A stretch of 64,000 nt of DNA. Origin: Longimicrobiales bacterium. GTDB taxonomy: Bacteria > Gemmatimonadota > Gemmatimonadetes > Longimicrobiales > Gaopeijiaceae. Location: contig CBDCKN010000009.1 in the NCBI GenBank assembly GCA_965218295.1, positions 224,001 through 288,000 of the forward strand, read 5' to 3'. This document shows, piece after piece, positions 63,802 through 64,000 of this stretch. The position numbers and the translations under genes were made by a program. Numbering within the stretch: the first letter of the stretch is position 1; every line of letters begins with the position of its first letter. The notes below the pieces were generated by a model that saw only the letters and a list, made by a program, of their open reading frames with translations, was not told where the DNA came from and searched no databases.

Positions 63802-64000
63802 CCAGGGCGAGCAAGGATCCCCGCTTAGCGGCAGGCGCGCAAGCCTGGATAACGAGAAGAGATGGAAGAAGAACGGTGAAGGAGCGGATGACTCGCACGG
63901 CGGACTCCTTGAAGGGTGACGGGGTTGAAGCTGCGGGAAACTACGGCAGATTCAGGGAGACGGTAAGGGATGGGGTGTGCGCTGGGAGCCGACTGGATAC

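Overview
High-GC bacterial chromosomal segment. The gene repertoire suggests Gemmatimonadota, but this is inference. The left two-thirds is a mosaic of metabolic and redox genes: RecQ, a MarR-NmrA-SDR unit with a repeated operator, a cysteine synthase-rhodanese fusion, selenoneine-type senA-senB, a 1-Cys peroxiredoxin, a 2-oxoacid:ferredoxin oxidoreductase, tandem tannase/feruloyl esterases, a CoA-transferase and aspartate kinase. These are interspersed with many short gene remnants, three TA-like modules and an integron-cassette remnant (attC plus a cassette split by a truncated IS481). The right third is a tRNA hotspot. It holds tRNA-Pro(GGG) with a putative 7-kb island (ECF42::IS481, yciI, queA-like/SDR/soxR), a 17-gene tRNA cluster, and nested decayed islands at tRNA-Ser(CGA). 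The most novel-looking signal is a small non-coding element with a 45-bp identical core downstream of two different tRNAs, whose ends copy each host tRNA's T-arm. Several frameshifts fall in G/C homopolymers and may be sequencing errors.
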